This document shows positions 20,388 through 30,323 of a stretch of 51,350 nt of DNA, piece by piece. The notes under the pieces were generated by a model. It made no database searches and had not been told where the DNA came from. It saw only the letters and a program-made list of their open reading frames with translations. This DNA is from Polyangia bacterium (GTDB lineage Bacteria > Myxococcota_A > Polyangia > Fen-1088), in NCBI GenBank assembly GCA_036557265.1, contig DATBHU010000168.1:1-51350 (forward strand), in the 5' to 3' direction. Position 1 is the first letter of the stretch, and each line of letters opens with the position of its first letter. A program made the translations under genes and the position numbers.

Positions 20388-21458
20388 TCAATACCCGAGC
20401 TGGGGCTGGCGCGGCTTGCCGTACTTGTCCGGGACCACCACCAGCGGCGGGCGGTCGACGGGAACGCGGACCACCAGACCCGTCGCGCCGTCGGCACCGA
20501 TGTTGAGGCTCTGCTTCACGACCGACGACGACGATTCGTGCCAGACGGACAGGTCGTACCGGCCCGGCACGACGTTGCGGATCACGAACGCGCCCGACGG
20601 GCGCGGCTGCGCGTAGTAGGCCGAATCGACCACGTAGAGGTAGGCGGACATCGAGGCGTGGATGTTGCACAGCAGCTCGACGACGCCCGGCTGCTTGAAC
20701 GTCCGCGTGTACGACCGGCCGCTGTCGTAGAGGCCGGCGTCGAAGCCTTCTCCGGGGCTGAGCGAGAACACGTTGTGAAAGTAGGGATCGTCGTTGCGAA
20801 ACACCACCGCCTGCCCGGCGGGGATCGCGAGCACGTGCGGCACGAAGGTCTTGCCCAGCTGGTTCACGACGCGCGGCTTGCGGAAGATGCGCGGGCCCGG
20901 CGTCGGGCCGTCGAGGCGCTTCAGCCACAGGACCGCGCCGGCCGGCCCGATCGCGCCGCCGCCGCTGACCGTGCCCGACACCGTCACGCCGCGCGCCTCC
21001 TCGCGCGCGGCCGGGGGCGCGCCGCCCGCCGGCGCCTCCGGGCCCTTCGCGGCCGGCGCGGCGTCGACCGCGGCCGGGGCGGCGGGAGCGGCCGCGACGG
21101 GCGCGCCCGCCGCGCCCCGCTGTCGCTGCGCCTCCGCGAGCAGCGGCGAGACGACGCGCGCGATCTCCGGCGGCAATGCCTGCATTTTGAGCAGAGCCTC
21201 CCATTCGCGCGCCGCCCGCGCGTGGTCGCCCGCCTCGTAGGCGACGCGCCCGCCCGCCATCAGGTTGAAGATCAGATACTGGCGCTCGACCTCGGTCTTG
21301 AACGCGAGGTCCTGCGGGCTCTTCACCGAGATCGGCAGCGGCATCTCGCGGCCCGGCCACGACGGCGGCGATGACGACGCAGGCGCGGCCGGCGTCGCCG
21401 CCGGCGGCAGCCCGCCGCCCGCCAGCATGATCGCGATCGCCGCCGCCGCCCTCACCAC
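20388..21458 (-). CDS. Periplasmic cupredoxin-domain protein (type-1 copper ligand set) with a C-terminal CarboxypepD_reg-like domain
   Basis: It has a signal peptide and a helical TPR-like segment. The cupredoxin block is FVPHVLAIPAGQAVVFRNDDPYFHNVFS...GVVELLCNIHASMSAYLYV, giving His, then Cys-x2-His-x2-Met (amicyanin-like spacing). The tail is GAFVIRNVVPGRYDLSVW. The GTG start overlaps the stop of the OMP gene. Confidence 0.75.
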   Translation of the reverse strand: MVRAAAAIAIMLAGGGLPPAATPAAPASSSPPSWPGREMPLPISVKSPQDLAFKTEVERQYLIFNLMAGGRVAYEAGDHARAAREWEALLKMQALPPEIARVVSPLLAEAQRQRGAAGAPVAAAPAAPAAVDAAPAAKGPEAPAGGAPPAAREEARGVTVSGTVSGGGAIGPAGAVLWLKRLDGPTPGPRIFRKPRVVNQLGKTFVPHVLAIPAGQAVVFRNDDPYFHNVFSLSPGEGFDAGLYDSGRSYTRTFKQPGVVELLCNIHASMSAYLYVVDSAYYAQPRPSGAFVIRNVVPGRYDLSVWHESSSSVVKQSLNIGADGATGLVVRVPVDRPPLVVVPDKYGKPRQPQLGY

Positions 21459-22840
21459 GTGAACACCGCCGAGGTGGTGAAGACGTCGTTGTCGACGGTC
21501 GGCGCGCCCGCCAGCTCCTGGTTGAAGAGGTACTCCGCCTTCAGGATCAGCGACGACCAGAGCGCGATCCGCACGCCGACCGTCACGCGCGCCACCGTCA
21601 GCGCGCGAAAGCCCTCGAACCAGGCGTGGCGCCGCTCGTAGCGTACGTAGGGCGCGATGGTCCGCAGCGGCCCGACGTTCAGCGCCGGCCCGTAGGCGGC
21701 CTGCGCCCAGAACCCGCGCGCGTGGAACGCCGACGCGATCGGGAAGCCGCCCGCGCCGGTCTGCTTGCCGCCCGCGCCCTCGTCCTCGTCGACGTGGACG
21801 TACTCGCCCGCCAGCGACACGCCGGCGACGTACAGGCGCGCGTCGGCGCCGAACATCGTCAGCAGCGAGCGGCGTTCGAACTGGTCGTTGCGCGGCCCGC
21901 GCAGGCCGCTGCCGCCCAGCTTCACCTGCACGCGCGGCAAGTTCAGCTCGTAGCCGAGCCGGCCCGAGCCGATCGGCACGCCGGTCAGGCTGGCGTCGGT
22001 CGGCTGCAGAGCCTCGACGAAGTTCGACCCGTTGGTGGCGGCGACGTTCAGGCTGAGCGCCGACCAGGCCGCCGGGATCTGCTGCCGGTAGAAGGCCTTC
22101 AACCCCAGCGCCGTGCCGGTCGTGTAGCGCGCCATCAGCGACGGCGTGACGCCGGTGCGGTAGACCGCCGAGTTGTCGAGGTACTCGATGCCGAACACCG
22201 AATCGAACTTGCCGCCCGAGACGAAGAGCTCGCGCCCGTCGAACGGCGTCACCCGGCCGAACGCCTGCTCCACGTAGATCGGCGTGACGTTGCCGGCGCC
22301 GTCGCCGCCCCAGCGCGGCAACAGCTGCACGCGCACGAACGCCATCGCGTGCGGGACCTGGTAGCGCAGGTCCTGGTTGACGGTGTTGATCAGGAACGAC
22401 GGCCGCCCGCCGATGTTCACCGAGCGCGGCAGGAAGCCGTTGGTCACGCGCCCGCCCGCGTCGATCGACGCGACGTCGCCCCGCGAGTTCACCGCGGGCG
22501 CGAAGGTGTCGACGCCGTAGTCGGCCGGGATCCGATTGTCACCGGGCGGGAAGCTGGTGCCGTCGCCGCCCGCGTTGGCGAAGCCGAAGTCGACGTAGCC
22601 CATCAGCGACAGCGCCGGCGCGGTCTCCACGCCCGCCGGCAGCACGAATCCGGCCGCCTCCACGCCGGCGTCCTGATCGTCGCCGGCGTCGTCTTCGTGC
22701 CGCTGCGGCTCGCCCGGCGGCGCGGCGGGGGCCGTCTCGGTCGCGGCGCGCGCCTGGCCCGCCGCGATCGCGCGCGCCGACGCGAGGGCGGCCGCGAACA
22801 GCAGCGCGCTGCCGGGGCGCTGCCCGCGCCGGCGTGTCAT
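21452..22840 (-). CDS. Outer-membrane beta-barrel (porin-like) protein
   Basis: This is the inner part of ORF 21452..23977, starting at MTRRRGQRPGSALLFAAALASARA (signal peptide). The sequence has an alternating amphipathic beta-strand pattern and a C-terminal ...TSAVFTW aromatic terminus typical of OMPs. Its ATG overlaps the upstream TGA (ATGA). Confidence 0.75.
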   Translation of the reverse strand: MTRRRGQRPGSALLFAAALASARAIAAGQARAATETAPAAPPGEPQRHEDDAGDDQDAGVEAAGFVLPAGVETAPALSLMGYVDFGFANAGGDGTSFPPGDNRIPADYGVDTFAPAVNSRGDVASIDAGGRVTNGFLPRSVNIGGRPSFLINTVNQDLRYQVPHAMAFVRVQLLPRWGGDGAGNVTPIYVEQAFGRVTPFDGRELFVSGGKFDSVFGIEYLDNSAVYRTGVTPSLMARYTTGTALGLKAFYRQQIPAAWSALSLNVAATNGSNFVEALQPTDASLTGVPIGSGRLGYELNLPRVQVKLGGSGLRGPRNDQFERRSLLTMFGADARLYVAGVSLAGEYVHVDEDEGAGGKQTGAGGFPIASAFHARGFWAQAAYGPALNVGPLRTIAPYVRYERRHAWFEGFRALTVARVTVGVRIALWSSLILKAEYLFNQELAGAPTVDNDVFTTSAVFTW

Positions 22841-24030
22841 CGGCCGATCCCCTTGCCGTCGTAGAAGACCAGCGGCGTGCAGGCGGTCACCTCGGTGCGG
22901 ACGATGTTCGCCGCCCCCAGGCTGGCCTCGATGCGCGCCTGCGAATCCAGCCAGCTGCACGACGACGGAAAATCGGGCGCCGCGAAGCAGGCGACGTCTG
23001 CGCTCGCGATCTTGACGGCGTTGGCGGCGACGCGCCCGCGGTACGCCTCCGGGTTCAGCCCCTGCGCCGTCAGCAGCGCGGCCGCGTCGGGGGCCGCGCC
23101 CGGATCGAACGCGGCCGCCGTCGCGGGCGCGACCGCCTCGTAGATCCGGCTGTACGAACCGAAGCGCGGCCGCCCGGCGGGCGCGTCCGCGGGGACGCCC
23201 GCGAAAGGCGGACCGGTGCCCATCACGCGCGGCGCGCCGAGCGGCTGGGGCGCGCCGTCCGGTCCGCGCTGCGCCAGCTCGTAGAGCGGCGTCTCCTCGA
23301 CCACCCACCCGGCGCCGGTCGTGAAGTTGTTGCTGCCCTCGCCGAAGTAGGCGATCTGCTCGCCGTCGACCCACCCCGCCGCCGGCGTGTTGAGGAAGCT
23401 CGCGACCGGCGTCTGCAGATACGGGTGCACCGGCGGCGCGGCGCCCAGGCCGACGTCGTCGGGCCGCAGCGAGTACGTCCACAGCACGCCCGGATGGATC
23501 TCCAGCTCGTCGTCGAAGATCTTCTCGGCGGACCTGTAGGCCGTCGCGTCGGCTCCGACCGGGAGGACGGCGTAGTAGACCGTCCACAGCGGGCTGTAGA
23601 AGAGGCTGTGCGGGCCGACGTCGAACACGGCGGGCGCGTTCATGCCGTCGGCGGTCTTGGCCCGGTTCTGCATGGGGTTCTGCTGGTCCCACGCCGTGAC
23701 CAGCACGTACCAGGGCTGCACCCACACCTCGTCGAAGTCGGTCCACACCTCCGGCATCACGTAGGCCGCCGGCTGACCCTCGCTGTACGCGGGGATGACC
23801 TTCAGCGTCGCGCCGCCGCCGTCGGCCGGCGCGAGCACCTCGCGCGCGTCGATCCCTTGCGGCCGCGAAGGCACCACCGCGACCGGTCCGCCCGCCGCCA
23901 GCGCCGCGCGCAGGTCGAACAGCGTCCAGAGCCGCGGGCGGCCGTCGCCGGCGGCGGGATCTGACGACGACAGGCAACCGCTGATCGCACCGACCAGGAG
24001 GAAAGGCGCGCGAGGTTTCGATCGCCCCAT
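22837..24030 (-). CDS. Lipoprotein of unknown function (397 aa)
   Basis: This is the inner part of ORF 22837..24129, starting at MGRSKPRAPFLLVGAISGC (lipobox). It is rich in Trp/Tyr/Pro and has two Cys pairs near the C-terminus. No family recognised. Confidence 0.7.
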   Translation of the reverse strand: MGRSKPRAPFLLVGAISGCLSSSDPAAGDGRPRLWTLFDLRAALAAGGPVAVVPSRPQGIDAREVLAPADGGGATLKVIPAYSEGQPAAYVMPEVWTDFDEVWVQPWYVLVTAWDQQNPMQNRAKTADGMNAPAVFDVGPHSLFYSPLWTVYYAVLPVGADATAYRSAEKIFDDELEIHPGVLWTYSLRPDDVGLGAAPPVHPYLQTPVASFLNTPAAGWVDGEQIAYFGEGSNNFTTGAGWVVEETPLYELAQRGPDGAPQPLGAPRVMGTGPPFAGVPADAPAGRPRFGSYSRIYEAVAPATAAAFDPGAAPDAAALLTAQGLNPEAYRGRVAANAVKIASADVACFAAPDFPSSCSWLDSQARIEASLGAANIVRTEVTACTPLVFYDGKGIGR

Positions 24031-24174
24031 TCGTTTCGCACCCCCGACGATCGACGGAATCGTCCAGGACCAGGTAGCGACGGCGCGCGGGATGTCAATT
24101 CCCGGAGCGACCGGGTTCTCGCCGATCACACGATCTTTTCGCGCCGAGCAACCACGATCGAGGAGCCTCGAGGG

Positions 24175-24198
24175 GCGCGCCCGGCGCGACGGGCGCGC
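24175..24198 (-). terminator. GC-rich hairpin immediately after the stop of gene 24200..24835
   Basis: GCGCGCCCG-gcgcga-CGGGCGCGC forms a perfect 9-bp stem with a 6-nt loop, starting 2 nt from the stop codon. There is no U-tract, so the call is tentative. Confidence 0.35.
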
Positions 24199-24199
24199 G

Positions 24200-24835
24200 T
24201 CAGGGCGCGGGCGGCGGCGGCACCGGACCCTCGCCGCGGCCGCTCTCGACCAGACGGCCGCGCGTCCACAGCAGCGTCACCTCCCGGTACATCGTGCCGC
24301 GATCGTACTCGACGCGAAGGTTCGCGAAGCGCCTGGCGCACGACACCTCGACGTCGCGTCCGGAGAAGTCGTCGCGCAGCCGCACCGTCGCGACGGTCCG
24401 CGCGCCGTCGGTCAACGACACCCGGTGGTCGGGCTCGATCCGCAGCGTCGCGTAGGGAAGACCGGCGAGCGGACAGGCGTGCACCCAACCGCCGCCCTCG
24501 AGCTGGGCGCGCGGCTGCCGCTCCGCCGCGGGCAGGCGCCGCTGCCCGCGCGCCTCCGACACCGGCGCGCGCGACGAACAGCGCATGGCGCGTCCGCGGA
24601 AGCAGCCGTCCCGTCCCGAGAACACGAACGTCCCGTCTCCGAGCGAGCGAATTCGCCGGGGCGCCGTCGACGCCGCCGCGCCGCCCGGCGCGCAGACCGC
24701 CACGATCGGCCAGGTCCGGAGCTGCTCGATCCCGGGCAAGCCGGCGCAGCGGTGCGCTGCGGCCGGCGCGGGGTTGTCCGCGGCCGCGGTCGACGCCACG
24801 AGCAACGCCGCCGGCACTGCAGCGATCCAGCGCAC
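24200..24835 (-). CDS. Secreted hypothetical protein (211 aa)
   Basis: GTG start with signal peptide MRWIAAVPAALLVASTAAA. Third positions show strong G/C bias, unlike the longer overlapping ORFs. It has several Cys residues and a poly-Pro tail. Confidence 0.6.
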   Translation of the reverse strand: MRWIAAVPAALLVASTAAADNPAPAAAHRCAGLPGIEQLRTWPIVAVCAPGGAAASTAPRRIRSLGDGTFVFSGRDGCFRGRAMRCSSRAPVSEARGQRRLPAAERQPRAQLEGGGWVHACPLAGLPYATLRIEPDHRVSLTDGARTVATVRLRDDFSGRDVEVSCARRFANLRVEYDRGTMYREVTLLWTRGRLVESGRGEGPVPPPPAP

Positions 24836-24971
24836 CTCTCCAGTTTATGCCCGGCGCCGGGCGCGCGGGCGACGCGCCGATGTCACGAAACGACGCACGT
24901 CCAGCAAAAGTTCGCCACGTGTACGACCCCCGCCTTGTCGCGTGGATCGGCCGGGCGTACCCTTTCGCCTG

Positions 24972-25661
24972 ATGGTCGCTCGCAGGTTGGGTCTGGTGCT
25001 GGCCGCGGCGTTGCCGCTCGCGGCCGGGTGTGGGTCGCGCGCGCTGGATCCCGGGATGGACCCGACGACGGCCGGCACCGGAGGTCAGGGCGTCGGCGCG
25101 CCGACGCCGATGCCGGAAGACGAGCTGGTCGCCACGCTCAAGCTGAACGGCGGACCCGACAAGCTGCTGATGGTCGGCACCAACTCGGGCGTGGTGACGT
25201 CGACCCAGGCGGCGGACGGCCCCCTCCTGCAGCTCTACGAAGATCCGGAGACGCTCGTCGAGGCGGCCGCGATGGCCGGCATGCCGGTCTGCTCGGTGGA
25301 GTATCAGGGGCTGACGCTGGACCCGGCGCTCGCCGACGCGACGACGCTGACGGCGTCGCAAGCGGTGGACGGCTGCCTGAAGGAGGATCTCGGCGACATG
25401 CTCTCCCGCCTCGGGGGCCTGAAGACGCCGGAGACGGTGGTCGTCATCGCCGCCAACGCCGCGATCACGGTTCACAGCACGAACGGCGGCATCAACTATT
25501 TCTACGACGCGGACATGCTCCGCCTGCTGCACGCCGCCCGGAAGCTGTACGTGCCCGCCTGCCTGATCGCGCCCCAGGCGCTGGCCCTGCCCACCTATCC
25601 TCAGGGACAGACGCCCGGCCTGTCCGTCGACGAAGCGCTCGCGACCTGCGGCCGCACGTAA
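24972..25661 (+). CDS. Lipoprotein of unknown function (229 aa)
   Basis: This is the inner part of ORF 24585..25661, starting at MVARRLGLVLAAALPLAAGC (lipobox). Codon bias is coding-like. Confidence 0.65.
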   Translation: MVARRLGLVLAAALPLAAGCGSRALDPGMDPTTAGTGGQGVGAPTPMPEDELVATLKLNGGPDKLLMVGTNSGVVTSTQAADGPLLQLYEDPETLVEAAAMAGMPVCSVEYQGLTLDPALADATTLTASQAVDGCLKEDLGDMLSRLGGLKTPETVVVIAANAAITVHSTNGGINYFYDADMLRLLHAARKLYVPACLIAPQALALPTYPQGQTPGLSVDEALATCGRT

Positions 25662-25681
25662 ACCTCCGCTCTCGCAACCCC

Positions 25682-26818
25682 TCAGGGCCGGCGGGGCGGG
25701 CGGCGGCGGTGGTGCTCGCCGTCGCCGGGCGCCGGCGAGTCGCCGTTCGCGCCGTCTGACGAGTGGGCGCGGCCAGCGCCTGCGCCGGGCCACCACTTCG
25801 ACGACGTGATCTCCGCGCGGAACAGCCAGCCCGCCGCGGCCAGCGCCACCACCACGACGCCGAGCGACAGCCAGAAGCGGCTGCGCCCGCGCCCCGGCAC
25901 GGCGGGGCGCGCGCCGCTCACGCGCTGCGACGGGGTGCGCCCGATCTCGGGGCCGGGCGCCCCCTCCATCACGGCGGCCTCGAACGCGCGCGCGAACGAC
26001 GTGATGGTGGGGAAGCGATCCTCGCGGCGCTTCGACAGCGCGCGCCGCAGCACCTTGTCCACCGGCGGCGAGATGAACCCCACCAGCTCTGGCAGCAGCG
26101 GCGTCGGCTCGCCGGTGATCACCTGGTTCAGGATGTCGGCGACCTCCGGCTGCCAGAACGGCAGCCGCCCCGACAGCATGTGCCAGGCCAGGCAGGCCAG
26201 CGCCCACTGGTCGCTGCGGTGGTCGACCCAGTCGACGCGGCCGGCCGCCTGCTCGGGCGCCATGAACTCGGGCGTGCCGACCACCGCGCGCGCCATGGTC
26301 AGCTTGGTGGTTGCGGCCTTGAGCACCTTGGAGATGCCGAAGTCGACGACCTTGACGAAGACGGCGTCGCCCGGGACGCGCAGCAGGAAGACGTTACCCG
26401 GCTTCAGGTCGCGGTGGACGATCCCCTCGGCGTGCGCGACCGCCAGCGCCGACCCGAGCTGCTTGATGATCTCCGCCGCCGTGCGCGGCTGCAGCCGCCC
26501 CACCCGCTCGAGGCGCTGCTCCAGATCCTCGCCGTCGAGGTACTCCATCACCAGGTAGGGCTCGCCGGTGGGCGACGCGCCGAAGTCGAGCACCTCGATG
26601 ATGTGCGGGTGGGCGAGCTCGGTCGTCACCTTCACCTCGCGGCGGAAGCGCGCCAGCGCCTCGGGGTGCGCGGCCAGCTCCTTCGACATCATCTTGATGG
26701 CGACGCGCTTGCGCGTGCGCACCTGGGCCGCCTCGTAGATCGAGCCCATGCCGCCGATGCCGATGGGGCGGATGATCTCGTAGGCGTCGCCCAGCACGGT
26801 GCCGATCGGCAGATCCAT
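25682..26818 (-). CDS. Hanks-type Ser/Thr protein kinase with a C-terminal membrane anchor
   Basis: Kinase motifs are GIGGMGSIY, VAIKMM, HRDLKPGNVFL, DFGISK and GTPEFMAPEQ. The TM helix is FWLSLGVVVVALAAAGWLF, followed by a short tail. Confidence 0.9.
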   Translation of the reverse strand: MDLPIGTVLGDAYEIIRPIGIGGMGSIYEAAQVRTRKRVAIKMMSKELAAHPEALARFRREVKVTTELAHPHIIEVLDFGASPTGEPYLVMEYLDGEDLEQRLERVGRLQPRTAAEIIKQLGSALAVAHAEGIVHRDLKPGNVFLLRVPGDAVFVKVVDFGISKVLKAATTKLTMARAVVGTPEFMAPEQAAGRVDWVDHRSDQWALACLAWHMLSGRLPFWQPEVADILNQVITGEPTPLLPELVGFISPPVDKVLRRALSKRREDRFPTITSFARAFEAAVMEGAPGPEIGRTPSQRVSGARPAVPGRGRSRFWLSLGVVVVALAAAGWLFRAEITSSKWWPGAGAGRAHSSDGANGDSPAPGDGEHHRRRPPRRP

Positions 26819-26835
26819 CGACCGGGCAGTCTAGT

Positions 26836-28476
26836 TCACACCAGGCCGTGTTGGTAAGCGAAGGCGGTGGCGGCCGCGCGCGACGTGACGTTGGCCTTGG
26901 CGAAGATGTTGCTGACGTGCCGATCGACGGTCTTCTCGCTGAGGAAGAGCTGCTTGGCGATCGACTTGTTGGTCTTGCCCGAGGCGACCAGGCGCAGCAC
27001 CTCCAGCTCGCGCCGCGACAGGTTGCCGGGTGTCCCGGCCGCGCCCGACCCGTCGCCGGCGCGCAGCGCCCCCAGATCGGGCGCCGCGCCGAGCCGCTCG
27101 AACACCTCGCGCGCGAGGTCCAGCTCGAGCGCCGCGGTGTCACGATCGCCGAGCGCCCGCGAGGCGCGCGACAGCAGCACGCGCAGGCGCGCCGCGATGT
27201 AGGGCGCGCCGACCTGATGCCAGATGCGGAACGCGCGGCGCAGCGGCTCCAGCGCGGCGCCGGGCTGCCCCTCCGCCAGCGCCACCGCCCCGCGCGCGTG
27301 CGCCGCCATCGCGCCCAGCACGTCGGTGCCGAAGTCGGCGGCGATCCGCTCCAGCTCGCCACACGCGCGCGCCGCCTCCTCGAGATCGCCGGCGGCCAGC
27401 GCGATGTCGACCGCGGCCGGGAGCAGGCGCGCGCGGTGCAGCCGATCGTCCACCGCGCGCAGCGCCGCGCGGATGGCGCTGACCGCGTCCGCGGTCCGCC
27501 CCTGCGCCAGCCGCAGCAGCGCGAGCCCGGGCTGCGCCTCCCGCCCCGCCTCGCTGGCCGCGCGGTAGGCCCGCTCCGCCTCCGCGAAGTCGCCGCGCAG
27601 CCGGTGGACCTCGCCCTGCTGATAGGCCGAGTCCGCCGCCGTCTGCCAGTCGATCCGGCGCGAGACGCGCTCCGACGCGCGCTGCGCCTCCTCGATCGCC
27701 TCGCGCCACGAGCCGGCGATCTGCATCAGCTCCGCGCGATGAACCAGGCAGGTGCCGCTGAACGGGACCATGTCCGGCTGTGACGTGCACCAGGCGGCCA
27801 GCGCGGCCGTCCATTCGCGCGCGCGATCCATCACGTACAGCTGGCTGCAGCCGGCGATCGCCGAACAGTAGAGGACGCCGGTCAGCACCGGCGCCAACCG
27901 CCCGCTCGTCACGGAGACCATCGCCTCGTCGATCAGCGCCAGCCCCTGCGCGACCTGGCCCTGTCGCAGCGACACCCGCCCCTGGAAGATGCGCGCGAAC
28001 GCGCTCAGGTCGTCGTCGCCGAAGCGATCGCCGAACGCCGCCGCGTCGACTGCGGCGGCGCGCGCCCCTTCGTGGTCGCCGCTCGTCAGCTGGCGGTAGG
28101 CGACCCCCATCTGCACGTAGCCTTTCTCGACGCAGTCGGCTTTCTCCGTCAGCCGCTGGGCCCGCGCGAGCCAGCCGTTCGCCCGCCCGATCTCCCGCTG
28201 CGCCGCCAGCCGGAACCCCATCCAGAACGCCCAGCGCGCCGCGCGCGCCGGCTCACCGCTCTCGACATGGAGCTGGTAGAGCCGATCCATGAGCGCGAAG
28301 TGGTCGTCCTCGAAGCCGGCCAGCGCGGCCGACCAGGCGTAGAGCTCGAGATCGGCGGCGGCCAGCGGCGCCTTTCGATCCGCGGCCGCGAACCAGCGAT
28401 GCGCCTCCGCCCAGGCGCGCCGGCCGTAGCAGTCACGGCCGCGCGCGACGTCGTCGGCTTTCCGGGCGGCGCTCAC
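26836..28476 (-). CDS. LuxR-family transcriptional regulator with a long TPR-like N-terminal domain
   Basis: The C-terminal HTH is [46 protein letters not shown] cannot see a receiver domain or Walker motifs in the N-terminal 470 aa. Its stop lies 17 nt before the kinase start. Confidence 0.85.
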   Translation of the reverse strand: MSAARKADDVARGRDCYGRRAWAEAHRWFAAADRKAPLAAADLELYAWSAALAGFEDDHFALMDRLYQLHVESGEPARAARWAFWMGFRLAAQREIGRANGWLARAQRLTEKADCVEKGYVQMGVAYRQLTSGDHEGARAAAVDAAAFGDRFGDDDLSAFARIFQGRVSLRQGQVAQGLALIDEAMVSVTSGRLAPVLTGVLYCSAIAGCSQLYVMDRAREWTAALAAWCTSQPDMVPFSGTCLVHRAELMQIAGSWREAIEEAQRASERVSRRIDWQTAADSAYQQGEVHRLRGDFAEAERAYRAASEAGREAQPGLALLRLAQGRTADAVSAIRAALRAVDDRLHRARLLPAAVDIALAAGDLEEAARACGELERIAADFGTDVLGAMAAHARGAVALAEGQPGAALEPLRRAFRIWHQVGAPYIAARLRVLLSRASRALGDRDTAALELDLAREVFERLGAAPDLGALRAGDGSGAAGTPGNLSRRELEVLRLVASGKTNKSIAKQLFLSEKTVDRHVSNIFAKANVTSRAAATAFAYQHGLV

Positions 28477-28488
28477 CCACGCAGTCTA

Positions 28489-29694
28489 CTACCGCGCGAT
28501 TGTCCGCAAGTCGTACGAGCGCGCGCGCGACGCGACCACGCCCGCGATCCGCCTGGCGTCGCGGCTCACGCCGTGAATCATCGACGACGACATTGCGTAG
28601 AGAAAGTGCAAGCCGACGAAGTACAGCCCCGGCACCGACGGCACCAGGCCCGCCTCGTGAAGCGGCTCGCCGTCTTCGCCCAGCACCGGCAGGTCCTCGC
28701 GATCGATCCACGAGAACCCCGGGTGAAAGCCGCTGCACCAGATGACGTTGGCGACGTCCAGCGCGCGTCCGTCCTCCAGCACGGGAAAGCCCTGGCGCGC
28801 GCCCGTCACGCGCGGCACGCGCTCGATCCCGAGCGCGGCCAGATCCCGACTCTTAACGCGGATGAGCGGCGTCCCGCGCTTCATCATCCGGGGCCGCGCC
28901 TTGCGGCCCATCGGCGTCTTGATCGTCAGCACGCGGTGGAACACCACCCGCATCAGCAGCCGCACGAAGATCGCCCGCGCCGCGAAGCTGTCCATCTTGA
29001 ACGGCGCCTCGCCCGTCGACGGTCCCGCCAGCCAGACGCGGCGCGCGCCGGCCAGCTCCTTGGCGATCTCCGCGCCCGAGTTGCCCGCGCCGACGATCAG
29101 CACGTCTCCGTCGCGCAGCTGGTCGGGGTTGCGGTAGTCGCGCGACGGCAGCTGGGCGATGTCGGAGCGCAGATCGCGCGCGAACGCCGGCACGCGCTGG
29201 CTCTGGTAGTTGGCCATCGCGACGACGACCTGGTTGGCCTCGATCTCGAGCGCGCCCGCCTTCACGACGAACACGCCGTCGCGCCGGGTGAGCCGGTCGA
29301 CGCGCGCGCCCGTGCGGACCGGGAGCTGGAACCGGGCCGCGTACGCCTCCAGGTAGTCCCCCATCTCGTCCTTGGTCGGGAAGTAGTTCGCCGGCGCCGG
29401 GAACTTCATCCCGGCGATGCCGTCGAACTTCGCGGGCGTGAACAGCCGCAGCGAGTCCCAGCGGTTGCGCCAGACGTCGCCGATGCGCGCGCCGGCGTCC
29501 AGGATGACGAAGCGCAGGCCGCGCTTGCGCAGGTAGTAGCCGACCGCCAGCCCGGCCTGTCCGCCGCCGATGACGACGACGTCGTAGCGGTCCAGCCGGG
29601 CCGCGCTGCCCAGCCCGCCCAGCCGCCGGAACGCCTCACCCGATTCGATGAACGGCTCGACGCGAGCCGCCGGTTCGTTTGCTTTCGTGCTCAT
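28489..29694 (-). CDS. Flavin-containing monooxygenase-like NAD(P)/FAD-dependent oxidoreductase
   Basis: Two dinucleotide motifs are present, VVVIGGGQAGLAVG and VLIVGAGNSGAEIA. I start at MSTKANEP (ATG 29694) inside ORF 28489..29790. It ends in a double TAG TAG. Confidence 0.85.
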   Translation of the reverse strand: MSTKANEPAARVEPFIESGEAFRRLGGLGSAARLDRYDVVVIGGGQAGLAVGYYLRKRGLRFVILDAGARIGDVWRNRWDSLRLFTPAKFDGIAGMKFPAPANYFPTKDEMGDYLEAYAARFQLPVRTGARVDRLTRRDGVFVVKAGALEIEANQVVVAMANYQSQRVPAFARDLRSDIAQLPSRDYRNPDQLRDGDVLIVGAGNSGAEIAKELAGARRVWLAGPSTGEAPFKMDSFAARAIFVRLLMRVVFHRVLTIKTPMGRKARPRMMKRGTPLIRVKSRDLAALGIERVPRVTGARQGFPVLEDGRALDVANVIWCSGFHPGFSWIDREDLPVLGEDGEPLHEAGLVPSVPGLYFVGLHFLYAMSSSMIHGVSRDARRIAGVVASRARSYDLRTIAR

Positions 29695-29826
29695 GACGCA
29701 CCTCCTGGCAGCCAACGTACCGAGGAGCGCGCGCCGCAACTTCGGCTGGATCACCCAATTTTCGGCGGCGGGGCGATTGGGTAGTTTCACCCATTCGCCG
29801 CGCGCGGCGGCCGCGGCCGCCCGGAT

Positions 29827-30261
29827 CTACTGCGCCGCGGTGGCGGGCCGGACGTCCAGCCGCAGGTCGCTGATGTGGGCGCCGGCGCGGCGAATCGAGA
29901 AGTGCGTGACGCCCACCAGCCGCGCGGAGTCGACGCGCACCTCGTACGCGCCGGGCTGCGCGACCTTGACGAACATGAACCCGCCGTGCGCGTCGCTGGT
30001 CGTGCGCGAGACGACCGCGCCGTCGCGGGTCAGCACGACGGGCTCGAACGCGATCGGCGCGCTGGGGGCGAACGTCGCGACCGCCTCCAGGCGTCCCGCC
30101 ACCACGCCCGGATCGCCGGCGGCCGGTGGATCCTCGATCGACTTCAGCGGCCCTTCGCCGCGCGCCATCTGCTCCTGCGCCGTGTCCCGCAGTGGATAGG
30201 TGCCGCAGCCGGCCGCCGCGAGGGCGAGGCCGAACGCGCAGGCACGCCTTCGTGACGACAT
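29827..30261 (-). CDS. Small lipoprotein with a CarboxypepD_reg-like beta-sandwich
   Basis: It has the lipobox GLALAAAGC and the block GVVAGRLEAV...DAHGGFMFVKVAQPGAYEVRV. Confidence 0.7.
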   Translation of the reverse strand: MSSRRRACAFGLALAAAGCGTYPLRDTAQEQMARGEGPLKSIEDPPAAGDPGVVAGRLEAVATFAPSAPIAFEPVVLTRDGAVVSRTTSDAHGGFMFVKVAQPGAYEVRVDSARLVGVTHFSIRRAGAHISDLRLDVRPATAAQ

Positions 30262-30323
30262 CGTCGCGATCGTAGCACCACGGACGTCTGGCCTCGCCGC
30301 GGACGCCGCGTTACGTTCGCGCC

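Noticed and set aside
21452-23977. N-terminal extensions of several ORFs (21452..23977, 33536..35635, 34849..36798, 35164..36768, 10314..12332, 1561..2739)
   Set aside because: The upstream parts overlap neighbouring real genes, are Arg/Gly-rich, and precede an internal Met followed by a proper signal peptide, lipobox or family N-terminus. I trimmed them to the internal starts.
29751-29795. Direct repeat TCACCCA(A/T)T twice, plus CCCAAT/ATTGGG inverted pair upstream of the monooxygenase gene
   Set aside because: The elements are only 6-9 nt long. That is too short to separate from chance without genome-wide motif statistics.
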